This document shows positions 13,074-25,151 of a stretch of DNA of 64,000 bases, piece by piece (the stretch's first letter is position 1; every line of letters starts with the position of its first letter). The translations under genes were made by a program, and so were the position numbers. The notes beneath the pieces were generated by a model, which had not been told where the DNA came from, made no database searches, and worked only from the letters and a program-made list of their open reading frames with translations. This stretch comes from Antedon mediterranea. Its lineage: Eukaryota; Animalia; Echinodermata. The stretch lies in the NCBI RefSeq assembly GCF_964355755.1, contig NC_092676.1:3511888-3575887 (forward strand). Reading direction: 5' to 3'.

Positions 13074-14069
13074 AGCAAACGTTAGACGCGTACAGTATGA
13101 AACTTAATCAAATAAATCAATCATTGTATAGAAACCACTATCCCAATAGAGGTCTTGTTTAACATATAGCAAGATACATCTGCGAAGAAAAACAAGTAAA
13201 TTGTAATTCTCATTACACGAAGGACAAAATGGACCGCACCATGGATCTAGTTTAAGTTTTAAAAAGGATATGCTTTCAAATAAATGTTTATATAATATTA
13301 TAACAGTTATTTTATATAAACCACTACCAACCCCATGGTCTAATATAAATCTAAATAAATAAGTGTACAGTTATATGCATTTAAAAAAGAGTAAACTGTA
13401 GCCCGTTATAGCAAAACATGTTAAGCTTGTATAGACGCAAAAAAAAAAAGCGAATTGACCAATGACAAGCGACAGTTCGAATAATACATTGCTTATGATT
13501 GGTCAAATCATTTACGTTGCGTTACGTCCTTGTGTTGCGTCTCTAGAGAGAACCAAGCATTAGGGGGAAAATGTACGCAATATTAGTACAAAATTATATA
13601 TTAGGAAGGAAGGAATATAGATGCACAGATTATGTTTAAATAACATAGTATAAAATGACCCCAAGTAACGAGAGGAAAGCCATGAATAAACGTTATACTT
13701 ATTTGATCATCATCAGGAATCGATGATTAAATAAAGATTGAAACGTTGAATCATGGCTTGCCTCTCTTTATTACTTAAGAAAAGAACAACACTAGATTAT
13801 TAACGAGCAATATGACAAGAATAACACAGGAATTAGGAAGGCAGGAAGTTTTACGAAACTATTGTAAAAATGTATTGGTTTATCAAGTTGTCCGGTATCG
13901 TGTTTTGTTTTCACTTTCATTATGTTTCTAAGTGTACAATGAACGAATAAATTAATTCCAGTCAATTATCTATCAACATATTATTGGTTAAGGAAACGAA
14001 TTATAATATAAGTACCCTCCTAAATGATATTATGTACGAATATACAAACTTTCATTGTCTACAAAGCTT

Positions 14070-14250
14070 AATAGTTCACCCTCAACATTGGACTATGTTG
14101 TTTTACAAATGCTTGATTATATTTAATTATTATACACTTGTTAAAAACCACCGAAATGAGTTATCGTTGCGAAAAGACAAACACCTACGTCATCGTGTAA
14201 ATGAACACCCGAATTATATGCAAACGATGTAATATCTGAAATAGACGCAA
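14070..14250 (+). pseudogene. Relic of signal peptide and start of first Ig domain
   Basis: HPQHWTMLFYKCLIIF matches the family leader, then frameshifted VIVAKRQTPTSSCK; more decayed copy at about 40300-40450. Confidence 0.6.
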
Positions 14251-15075
14251 ACTCCGCCTGGTATAGAGGGTGAGGGGGGAAATTTAGATATCCAGAAACA
14301 AACTAAACATAAATCTATGTATATATATGTTTCCATCTAATTGTAGCCTTACGTTAATCTAGTCAAACTAAGTGTCCAATGCTTACAAAACAAAGGAGGG
14401 GCCAATGCGGGGTTTGGGGCGTTACACATTTACTGTCATTACACCTAGAGGTCTACTTCTGCAGCCAAATCTTGTTCTTTAGTTTAGAAAATCAATTCGT
14501 AAACCACGCTCTCTAAGAGAAGACAGACATTTAATCAGTAATTGTATCTTTTCATTAAAAAACAATATCTTTCTACATATATTTAAATCAATAGTATGTT
14601 TAAATTACTGTATTTGACAATGCAGTGTTAATGTTCAGAATTGTGTAATTCTTATTCTTGTCAGCATTTATCAGGTATTTCTGCCGTGTGTGGCAGCAGA
14701 CGGCAACTTACATAAAAAGAAAACAAGAAACAGGAATGATCCAACGTTTTAGTTCTAAGTTACTCTATAGGGGGCGGTATGCATTATTACTAGTTTTGCC
14801 TACAGAATGGAATACGTTAAAATAACTTGATACAGGTTACGTAGTTGATGCTAATATCACTTTAGCAGGAGTACGCTACAATACAGTACCCAATAATCAG
14901 AACGACTGAGTGTTACATAGTATTACTTGTACCAACGTGTACAGCAATTATTTATACAATATTAAGGAATACAGTATCTTTCAATTTGGTATACAATTCT
15001 AGACATTTATTATTCGTATAATCTTGAATTTGATAAGTAAGTAAATCGATCCCGGAACTTAACCGTCGAAGTGTA

Positions 15076-17091
15076 ATGGCTCATCATCAATATTGTACAT
15101 TGCTGTTGTACAAGTACCTGATTATATTGTATAGTGTATTTCACTGCTGTTGTGCACAATCTTATACTTTTACAAAACATCCACAACCGGTTCTCGTTGC
15201 TGAAGGACAAACAGCAACGATAGCGTGTGAATGGACACCTGAATTGAATGAAAACCATGATATTTCATGGAGATACCATCCTGTTCTTAGAAGGGGTCAA
15301 TTAATTACAAAATCAACATCAAAATACACTTTCACAAAAGGTGCAACATTTTCAAGGCTTTCCATTTTAAATGTTGATTTTTATGATGTAGGAACATGCT
15401 TGTGTCGTATCTCCGAAGGTGATGGTGTATACAGTTCTTCTAAAACTACTGATGTAGCGCTAGGAGTATTAGCGTGTAGTCCAGAATATGATAATGGTGA
15501 AATAGGAACAAGGATAACATGTTCTTATACTTCATCTTATCTTCTATATTCTATTGATTTACTATGGTATAAAGACGGAAATGTAATTACTTCAGCAACA
15601 ACACAAAATAGTCTTTCAAAATCAAGGATTTTGACTGCTGAAGACTATGGAGCTGTGTTTACTTGTAAAGCTTTCATCTCAAATCATGTAATAGGAACTT
15701 GTGAAACTATTCCGCTAATATTGAACATAGATACAGAGATTGGACAATCACCACCAGGTCCACTTCAGGTTGGTGATAGCTTTAACCTTACCTGTTCAGG
15801 GAAAGGTAATCCTGATTATTATAAGTATGTATGGACGTGGAATGACAAACCTGTAGGATCGTCGACAGATAAAAATAGATATGCAATAGCTAGTGTGCTT
15901 ACTGCGAAGGATGTACGAAGTACCAGTGACAAAAAAGTTACTTGTACCATTAGTCGTGATGGTCGTAATAGCAGTACAGCGAGACATACAATAAATGTTA
16001 CAGAAAATACGCAAAGTACAACTGCATGTTCACGCACACCACACGGTAGGTCTACTGTTACAGACCCACTATCAGCAATCAATGTCACAGACAACGAGCC
16101 ACAAACATTGATTATTGTCATTGGCGTAGTTGCAAGAGTTATTGTGATTTTGATAACAGCAATTGTAATTTACATTTTACATAAAAGGCGTAAGAAACAT
16201 GACAAAAAGACAAAACCTGAAAATGTACCATTGAAAGAACCAATGCATGGCAACACTGATCAAGAAATTATTATTAAAACGCGCGTAGATGGCCCTCTGT
16301 GCGAAACGTTGGTGACCGATGGGGCTATATATGATGAACCTGCAATGTCAGACACACATGGAAACTGGGAGATTGTTTACGAAGACCCTGACGTACCGCC
16401 ACACGACCAATTAACAGAAAAAGATAAGTATGATTATGTTGCATCAGAAGAAATGACAGTTGAAAGAGAGAGCAAAAACGAGTATGACTATGCGGCAACA
16501 ACAGACACCCACAGTGCCGAGAAGGCAACTGAACGACACAACTATGATTATGTGGTATCAGCAGACATCCACAGAACAGAAAATGAATATGACGATGTAA
16601 CATCAGCAGACGATCAAAACGATGAAACAGACAGTGAAAATGAGTATGATTATGTGGAAACATCAGGCATAGGCTCCGCAGAAAAAGAAGGCTCTGCAGA
16701 ATACATTGAACTTGTTGATGACAACGCCGATGTCGAATGTCATCAGAGGAAGCCACTAACAACTAATATGCCTGCTGCATCCAAGTACAATGATGTTTCA
16801 ATGTCACAAACTTATATTTCCATAAATACTAGAACCAATGATAAAGAAACTGAGTACGAAAACAGTAAATTACATTGTCCCAAAGGTATCTCGACTTCTG
16901 ATAACTTAAAGACCAAGTCCGAAAGTGTTAAATTATCACAGAGATCAAGAAGAGATGGAAAAACCATTTCAGATAATCGCGAAGATGACGTCACCAATGT
17001 GCATGCGAGTAAACTTGAAGTACGTGATACAAACGAGGTATACGAAAATGCATCGGTACGCAGAAAAGCAGCGAAGTGTGCTAAGAAATAG
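15076..17091 (+). CDS. G4: intact single-exon IgSF receptor, 671 aa, class A tail
   Basis: Leader ending HCCCA|QSY; Ig motifs C-x-W...LSILNV..DVG..C, TCSY..LLWYK..FTC, LTCSG..WTWN..VTC; hydrophobic TM followed by HKRRKK; acidic Tyr-rich tail. Confidence 0.92.
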   Translation: MAHHQYCTLLLYKYLIILYSVFHCCCAQSYTFTKHPQPVLVAEGQTATIACEWTPELNENHDISWRYHPVLRRGQLITKSTSKYTFTKGATFSRLSILNVDFYDVGTCLCRISEGDGVYSSSKTTDVALGVLACSPEYDNGEIGTRITCSYTSSYLLYSIDLLWYKDGNVITSATTQNSLSKSRILTAEDYGAVFTCKAFISNHVIGTCETIPLILNIDTEIGQSPPGPLQVGDSFNLTCSGKGNPDYYKYVWTWNDKPVGSSTDKNRYAIASVLTAKDVRSTSDKKVTCTISRDGRNSSTARHTINVTENTQSTTACSRTPHGRSTVTDPLSAINVTDNEPQTLIIVIGVVARVIVILITAIVIYILHKRRKKHDKKTKPENVPLKEPMHGNTDQEIIIKTRVDGPLCETLVTDGAIYDEPAMSDTHGNWEIVYEDPDVPPHDQLTEKDKYDYVASEEMTVERESKNEYDYAATTDTHSAEKATERHNYDYVVSADIHRTENEYDDVTSADDQNDETDSENEYDYVETSGIGSAEKEGSAEYIELVDDNADVECHQRKPLTTNMPAASKYNDVSMSQTYISINTRTNDKETEYENSKLHCPKGISTSDNLKTKSESVKLSQRSRRDGKTISDNREDDVTNVHASKLEVRDTNEVYENASVRRKAAKCAKK

Positions 17092-19883
17092 AAGAAGAAA
17101 AACATAACCAACCGTACAGAATATTCATGCAAAAGCCAACAATGAAAAGTGCACTAACGCATATTATCACAAAGACTTGTTTATGAATGTTTAATCTATT
17201 AAGGCTTTTATTATGTGAAATTGTTATCTGTTATTATTGTCCCCAACACGTACAGGGGTGTGACTTATTCTTTTACGTATTCTAAGACTAGTATGAGCCA
17301 TGATAGTGCCATGGTAAGAGAAATAGAAAAGTAGGCTAAATATATATGTTGATATCTTGAAATATTTAATTTTGTTTAAGGAAGTAAATAAAAAAATATT
17401 ATATTAGAAATAATCAACTCTGAGATGAACATTAACCAGAAAAGAGAGTTTTATATTAATGTCGTTTACTGTTTTTATATCTAATTGTCTATACATTTTA
17501 TACATTTTTACATTATATGCATATATTTTCTTTGTTATCCTTTTTAATGTAAAATGTTACGGTTTCAGCCTTTTGGCTATTTGTATAATTGATCGTATGT
17601 TTTTGGACAAATAAATGAATTAATATAATTATGCGATATGTGTAATGTTTCTTTAAGACGCATTCGTAAAAACTGTATTCAGAAAAAACATCAAATAAAA
17701 TAAAAAAAAGGCTGTTTATAAGTTTCTACGTTTTAATGATAAAGGAGTTAATTGGCCAACAAGAGGTGAACATTAGCTTGTTGACTCTATTTATGATCAA
17801 AGTAGAACATCATCAATCAACAAACTGAATCTATTAAACATCATTAACATGTTATTTTAGTTTAAAAAAAGTTCAACAATAAAAGAATATATATATACTA
17901 GTGACACGTGTTCTATAGAACACGAGCCCAGTCAGTCAATTTGTGTAAACAAAAAATAATATATAATATATTTAATAAAAAACATTAAATCTCTTGTTGT
18001 CATTGATTGACCTCCCACCCAAATCGTTCCTGGTGGGACAAGAACGTTTGCTCTTTACATACAAAATTTTATTTCACAGTTTCAGTCTTATAGGGGGCGG
18101 TATACAATACTAAAAAAATGTTGAATGCTTCCTCATGATAAACTGTGTAGTGTAGTTGACAAAAGTACATTTTTCTACAATATATATTAATAAAATATTG
18201 CACGAGCATTATTTTATAACATTTGTATAAACATCAACCATCGAGAAATATAAAACAGACAGCGGAAATACATATAACTGCGTGACGTCAGCAATGAAAA
18301 CGATGACCACTAAAACAGACAGTACAAATGAGTATGATTATGTGGAAACATAGGTGCAGCTACGGTGAAGAACGATTGTCACATGAGGAAGCCAGTAAAA
18401 ACGGAAAGATAGGCGTACTGTATGTAAAAAGTCAAATGTTGATGCACATTTTGCAGAATGTGTACTAAACATTGAAACTTAAATATTCAAATATAATTGA
18501 TTATAAAAACAACCTTCAACATGAAAGGAAAACATTAAAGTGAAACAATTAATTTATTTTACTTTAGATTTGACTTGCCTTTCGGTACAATGCTCAGTGT
18601 ATAGGTTCGTTCACACGGAAGACGGCGACGTTCAACCTTTTACAGGATTTATATTATTCAACAGAACAGCGGCGTTTTCAAATTACTTCAACTGAATATT
18701 CCATAATACAGTATCACATGTGAATCACATGTATCTCCTAGTATATCATAGACCATAACCTAACCATTAACCTATAACCTTATACATAATACAGACACCA
18801 CTGTTTAATTCGGAATGTTCCTATGATACACAATGTCGTATGTAGAGATACTGCACTGAGAATCGGGTAGTTAATTAGTTTGCTGATTTGGGTAATCAGC
18901 CAATCACGAGGCTTAATCATATTCTGGTTCATTTTTTGGTAAATTTCTAAGCTATGAATTAAAGTTAGAATTGAAGGGATGTCTTCGGCTTTCGGGAATG
19001 TACAAATTTTAGTTTTTGGTCCTAAACATAGTGCCACAACATTCTATTAAATATAGTACTCATAGCATAGACCTAAAATAAACGTTTATTTTATACACTC
19101 ACTTTGTACTTTATCAAATGAATTGTTACACAAACAAAAAACCCTTCCCCCCCCCCCCCACCTAAAAAAGAGTACAACAACCAAAGTATCACGAAATGTA
19201 AGAATAGTAAATATCTTTATTTAACATTTGATACGACAGGAAAGATAAAGTTATGCAGAGTGTTTTAACCAATCAAAGTCACGAACTACTCGGCATTTAC
19301 AATTAAATTCTCACTAACCACGCCCCCGACTGATAAACGTATATCACGCCCTCTGGAAGAAAAATGACAATGTATTAGGAAAGTATTTTTAAAGTATTAC
19401 ATCATTAATGTTGAATATTCAGTGGCGCTATTTCCTGATATTTTATTTCTGCAGTAATCAAGTTTATCACTGGTTCTGAAGTAGATCATTTCAACTTATA
19501 TAACAACAAAATAAAGTTGTAATAAATAAAGTGCCAACGTGTAATGTTTAACTACGAATACAGGATCTAACCATATAGGAAGTTGTTTAATACTGGACAT
19601 AATGTTTGATTGAAGTGTTTATAAATTGAGTACCATTTACAGCATACGTGAACATCAAGCAAACATGATTTAATTTCTAAAACATTATTACTGGTGTCTT
19701 TGAATCGTCGGAAAAAGGAATATAATTTATAGGAATATTTGCGTAAATCTCAATTTGGTAAGGAAGTTCCAATATTCGGACGTCAATCGAGGCGCCTGCG
19801 TAAGTACACTACTATTCATATTATAACAACGCATGGGAACATCAATCTAACATTATGTCTTATGATATCTAATATTGACTACA

Positions 19884-22100
19884 ATGTTTAAAATGTCTCA
19901 TCTTCAACATTGTACATTGCTGTTTTTCAAGTGCTTGATTGTATTGTATAGTATATTTCACTGTTGTTGTGCACAATCCTATACTTTTACAAAACAACCA
20001 AAATCTGTTCTTGTTGGACAAGGAAACACAGCATCGTTATCGTGTAAATGGACACCAGCATTGAATGAAAACCATGTCGTTTTCTGGTCAGCATACCCTC
20101 ATGTTGGTGGGTCACCAGCAATCGCAATCGATAGTTCAACTTTAAAGTACAATTTAACAACTATAGCAAAATCTTCATATCTTTCCATTTTTAATGTTGG
20201 TTACAACGATGTAGGAAGATACAGGTGTGATATCTCGGAAGGTGGTGGTTTATTCAGTCTTTCTGAACGTGCTTCTGTAGTGTTAGGAGAAATAGTGTGC
20301 AATCCAAAGAATGACAATGGTGAGATTGGAACAACGATGACATGTTCCTATTTCACTTCTTATTATTCACATGATATTGATTTACTATGGTATGAAAACA
20401 GGAAACATATTACATCAAGAGTACAACAAAATTATGTTATAAAATCAAGAGTTTTGACTGTCCAAGACGATGGAGCTGTATTTACTTGTAAAGCCACCAC
20501 TGGAATCCAAAATCAAGTGATAGGAACTTGTGAAATTACGCCGCTTGTATTGACTATAGATACAGAGATTGTACAATCACCGCCAGGTACACTTCAGGTT
20601 GGTGATAGCTTTACCCTTACCTGCTCAGGGAAAGGTAATACCGATTATTATGAATATGAATGGATGTGGAATGGCAACCCTGTAGGATCGTCACCAAATG
20701 GAAGGCAATTTGCAATAGATAATGTGCTTATTGTGAAGAGTGTATCAAGCAGAGACAATGACAAAATAGTCACTTGTACTATTAGTCGTGATGGTCGTAA
20801 CAGTAGTATAGCAACCTATACAGTGAACGTTATAGAACAAATGACTACACGTTTGCTATCGACATCTGGTACGCGTACGCGAAACTCAATTACGCGTCAA
20901 CTATCAACTGACGTCCCTGATGATGAGTCCTCAACAGTAATGACTACACATTTACAGTCGACACTAGGTATACATACACACAAGTCAATTACATACATAC
21001 TATCAGAAACTAATATCCAGGATAATGATTCTACAATAATATTCATTGTCATCATTGGCGTAGTTGCGATATCTCTTGTGATTTTGATAACAGCAATTGT
21101 AAATTACATTTTACATAAAAGGCGCAAGAAACAGGATGAGAACAAAACAAAAGCTGAAAGTGTAACATTGAAAGAACCAATGTATGGCAACACTGATCAA
21201 GATATTATTAAAACGCGCGTAAATGGCCGTCTGCGCGAAACGTTGATAACAGATTTTGCTGTATATGAAGAACCTGCAATGTCAGACACACATGGAAACT
21301 TGGATATTGTTTACGAAGATCCTGACGTGCCTCCATACGACCAATTAACAGAAAAAGATAAGTATGATTATGTTGCATCAGAAGAAATAACAGTTGAAAG
21401 AGAAAGCAAAAACGAGTATGACTATGCGGCAATAACAGACACCCACAGTGCCGAGATGATAGATAATTCAGAAATAAAAAATAACTATGATTATGTGGTA
21501 TCGGCAGACATCCACAGCACAGAAAATGAATATGAAGGTGTAAAATCAGCAGACGATCAAAGTGATGAAACAGACAGTGAAAATGAATATGTGGAAACAT
21601 CAGGAATAGGCGTTACAGAAAAAGAAGGCTCTGCAGAATACATTGAGGTTGTCAATTACAGCGCTGATGACGATCCCAGTAAAGATTCACTGAAAACAGA
21701 AAATACTAGGCCTACAGCTAGCGAGTACAATGATGCTTCAATGTCACACACTTATATTTCCATCAATGATAATAATGATAATGATAATGAAGCTGAGTAC
21801 GAAAACAGTAAATTACATCGTCTTAAAGGTATCTCGACTACTGACAACACAAAGACCAAATCCGAAAGTGTTAAATTATTACAGAGATCAAGAAGAGGTG
21901 GAATAACCATTTTAGATAACCGCGAGGATGACTTCAGTAAGGTGAATGCGAGTACAGTTGAAGTAAACGACGTGTACGAAAATGCACCAATACGAACAAA
22001 AGCAGTGAAGTGTGCTAAGAAAAAAAAGAAGCAAAACAGAACCAAACGTAGGCCTACAGACAAAACTATTAAAACTGCATCAATACATTCTACATCATAA
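19884..22100 (+). CDS. G5: intact single-exon IgSF receptor, ~738 aa, class A tail
   Basis: Uninterrupted ORF with full architecture; start at ATG 19884 or 19893; two stalk repeats. Confidence 0.92.
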   Translation: MFKMSHLQHCTLLFFKCLIVLYSIFHCCCAQSYTFTKQPKSVLVGQGNTASLSCKWTPALNENHVVFWSAYPHVGGSPAIAIDSSTLKYNLTTIAKSSYLSIFNVGYNDVGRYRCDISEGGGLFSLSERASVVLGEIVCNPKNDNGEIGTTMTCSYFTSYYSHDIDLLWYENRKHITSRVQQNYVIKSRVLTVQDDGAVFTCKATTGIQNQVIGTCEITPLVLTIDTEIVQSPPGTLQVGDSFTLTCSGKGNTDYYEYEWMWNGNPVGSSPNGRQFAIDNVLIVKSVSSRDNDKIVTCTISRDGRNSSIATYTVNVIEQMTTRLLSTSGTRTRNSITRQLSTDVPDDESSTVMTTHLQSTLGIHTHKSITYILSETNIQDNDSTIIFIVIIGVVAISLVILITAIVNYILHKRRKKQDENKTKAESVTLKEPMYGNTDQDIIKTRVNGRLRETLITDFAVYEEPAMSDTHGNLDIVYEDPDVPPYDQLTEKDKYDYVASEEITVERESKNEYDYAAITDTHSAEMIDNSEIKNNYDYVVSADIHSTENEYEGVKSADDQSDETDSENEYVETSGIGVTEKEGSAEYIEVVNYSADDDPSKDSLKTENTRPTASEYNDASMSHTYISINDNNDNDNEAEYENSKLHRLKGISTTDNTKTKSESVKLLQRSRRGGITILDNREDDFSKVNASTVEVNDVYENAPIRTKAVKCAKKKKKQNRTKRRPTDKTIKTASIHSTS

Positions 22101-22374
22101 GAGACATGCACTGTTTCCTATAATAAGTTTAATCGATATTTTAGTATAGCATTTACTTTAAAAATGAGAGAGAAGTTTATTAAACGTTTTGATCTTTTAT
22201 GGATCATAATACATATCGGAATTACAATAAGGAAATTAACTTAAAGCAATGTTTGGAAGTCAGTCAAAGTGCCCGAGTCAGTACTATAGTATTATATTAG
22301 GCATATAACAACGCGTGGGAACATCACAACATTATAATTGTTTATAATTAGCTACATTGAATAAAAATCTTACA

Positions 22375-23297
22375 ATGGCTCATCATCAACATTGTACATT
22401 GCTGTTGTACAAGTGCTTGATTATATTCTATAGTATATCTTATTGTTGTTCTGCACAATCCTATACTTTTACAGAACATCCACAATCGGTTCTTGTTGCT
22501 GAAGGACAGGCAGCAACGTTGTCGTGTGAATGGACACCAGCACTGGATGACACTTTTGGTCCTGGTCAGCATTTTATGGAAGAGTGTCAAAAAGAATTGA
22601 TAGTTCCACTTTGAACTACAATGTAACAACTAAAGCAAAATCATATCTTTCAATTTTCAATGTTGATTCTGATGATTTAGGAAGATACATGTGTGATATA
22701 TCGGAAGGTGGTGATTCAAAAAGTCTTTCTTGCGTATTTGAAATTTTGCTCCTCGTTTCTGTAATAACAATAATAAGCCTATGTGTGTATTTGCAAAAAA
22801 AAAAGAAAAAAAAGAAGAAAAACACAATTCCTTCAGATCGACTCTCGAATAATCGACAGTCAAATAATGTTGGACATTTTTACGATTATATTACATCATC
22901 TGGCATACACGTGACCACGACAGCCAGTGACAAAGTTCAGTATGATTATGCTATTTTCCCAAGCACATAAATCACCGAGAAAAAGGGGGTGAATAGCACG
23001 GAAAACGAATACGAGGTTGGTGTATTATCTTCACGCACTGATGGTTTCCTAAAAGTCTGCACAAGTGATAAAGAGGTTGAGTACGAGCACGATGAAACAA
23101 TAGGCCTAGGCCTACATCTCAAAGATATGACAGACACTAACACTTTTGAAAATACATTAGATATTAGGAACAAAAGAATTAAACTATGAACGCGCCTGAA
23201 TGCAGCTGGTGGCACTGATGTAAACCTGTACGAAAATAAATCTGTATGTACAAAAGCATTGACGTCAGCTACGACATCTTTTATACAAAAGAGATAA
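22375..23297 (+). pseudogene. G6: internally deleted receptor (leader + Ig1 joined directly to TM), class D tail
   Basis: Frameshift at about 22550; Ig1 joined at about 22730 to CVFEILLLVSV (TM of G7); stops at 22968 and 23187 where G7 has CAA and TGT. Confidence 0.85.
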
Positions 23298-24127
23298 AAA
23301 CACAGTGATTGCATCAACTGAACACCTTTACTCGAACGTTATATGTAGCAGTAATAGCAAATATACACAGTAATCGCAAATATTATCGAAAGCTCCTAGG
23401 CCTATTATATAAAAAATCCTGGCATTGAGCGAAATAGAAATAAGAAATAAATAATAATAAAAGAGAAATATATCCAGTTGATAATAGCATAATACTGATA
23501 ATTATATTTATAATATTTCATTATAGCCCGTATTGGGCCCGTAATAGACTAGCCTAAACTTTTTTGACACTCATGCAAGTATTTGCATTTTTTTGTAGTG
23601 CTTGAAACAACAGTTAACGACAATTATTATCGTCTTATGATTATTATACTGTAGTAGTAATTTGGTGTACAACAATTAATTCAAAATTACTGTTATTGTA
23701 ATTAGAAAAATAACAAGAATGTGGATTGTATGAGATTTATGAAATATCATTGTGTTTGTTGTTCAAGGAAATAAATTAAAATGATTTTATAAAGAAAACG
23801 TTTGGGATGAAAATGAAGAAAGGATTTTACAAACGATTAAGAAGAATTTGAGACTTCTTGAAACAAGGAAAATAATGACTATGTCGTATTTAGAGTTACT
23901 TTACTGAGAATCGGGTAGTTAATTAGTCTGCTGATTTTGGTCATAAGCCAATCACGAGGCTTAACCATATTCTGGTTCATTTTGGGGAAATGTCTAAGCT
24001 ATGAATTAAAGTTAAAATTAAAGGGATCTCTTCGGCTTTCGGGAATGTACACATTTTAGTTTTCGGTCCTAAACATAGTGCCACAACATTCTATTTAAAT
24101 ATAGTACTCATAGCATAGAACTAAAAT

Positions 24128-24246
24128 AAACGTTTATTTTATACACTCACTTTGTACTTTATCAAATGAATTGCTTCACAAACAAAAAACGTTTATTTTA
24201 TAAACTCACTTTGTACTTTATCAAATGAATTGCTTCACAAACAAAA
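24128..24246. repeat. ~59-bp tandem duplication
   Basis: AAACGTTTATTTTATACACTCACTTTGTACTTTATCAAATGAATTGCTTCACAAACAAAA twice; single copy in paralogous spacers. Confidence 0.85.
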
Positions 24247-25151
24247 ATGTTGAAACTGAAACTTACTGGTAATAATTTAAGAAAACATCACCAAATAGTT
24301 GTCACGAACACATCAGGTGTGTCAAAGATTTAAATGGAAGTTTTTTGTTTGTTATTAAATCATTTTTCTGAAAGAGACATGCTTCTTTTCATTAGAAGTC
24401 TCTAACTAATGAATATTTGGAAATACTGTATGTATTTAAGAAACTACAGGTTTACAACTAAATTATTTCAAAAAGAGCAACAACAAAAATGGAAGAAATA
24501 AAGTTTTGCTTATTAGTACGATTATTTAACACATTACTGTTACTGTTCGAAATGCTACGGTCCGGTCATGTATTTATTATACAGATTTCTTTATAAACTT
24601 AGATGACCTCCTTTATACTATGTCATGAGACATTTATGTCGATTTAACTTGAAGAAATTGACGAAAACCAATTTAGAAAGTCAGCACGGAAATCAGAAAA
24701 ACAAATGGAAAAAAAGTTTGTTAAAACAAGGAAAACAAATACTCATCGGTGAATATTTATCTACACAAATTGTTGATTTACAAAAACCTTACAATACAGA
24801 ATAAAATATATGTTACAGTAAAAATATCCATTGAGGCCTATTTTATCACATTCATTATCAGTGCAGAATTATCGTAAACCAACCAAGTTTCTCCCCGCCC
24901 AAAAGAAAAGAGTACAACAACCAAAGTATCACGAAATGTAAGAATAGTAAAAACCATATAAACAAGAAATATTTCTTACAAAAAACGCCGCTCGACATTT
25001 TAAAATTATTCATTGTTCTTTCATCAGATATATTAAATGATTTAAAAAACATTTTGTTTAACCGTTAACATTTGCTACGACAGAAACGATAAAGTTATGT
25101 AGAGTGTTTTAACCAATCACAGTCACGAACTACTCAGCATTTACAACTTAA

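Larger units (their letters stand above)
7300..15500 (+). repeat. Segmental duplicate of about 31740-41530
   Basis: G2 tail = G8 tail, shared MITE pair, G3 = G9, shared leader relic, G4 5' region similar to G10 5' region. Confidence 0.88.

Noticed and set aside
16420-16670. Regularly spaced GAGTATGATTATGTG repeats resembling a CRISPR or regulatory array
   Set aside because: They are coding EYDYV repeats; eukaryotic context, no cas genes, no constant repeat length.
6461-23000. TAA reassignment (alternative genetic code) to explain in-frame stops
   Set aside because: The stops replace different residues (Leu, Glu, Gln, Ser) and TAA is the normal terminator of G5, G8 and G9.
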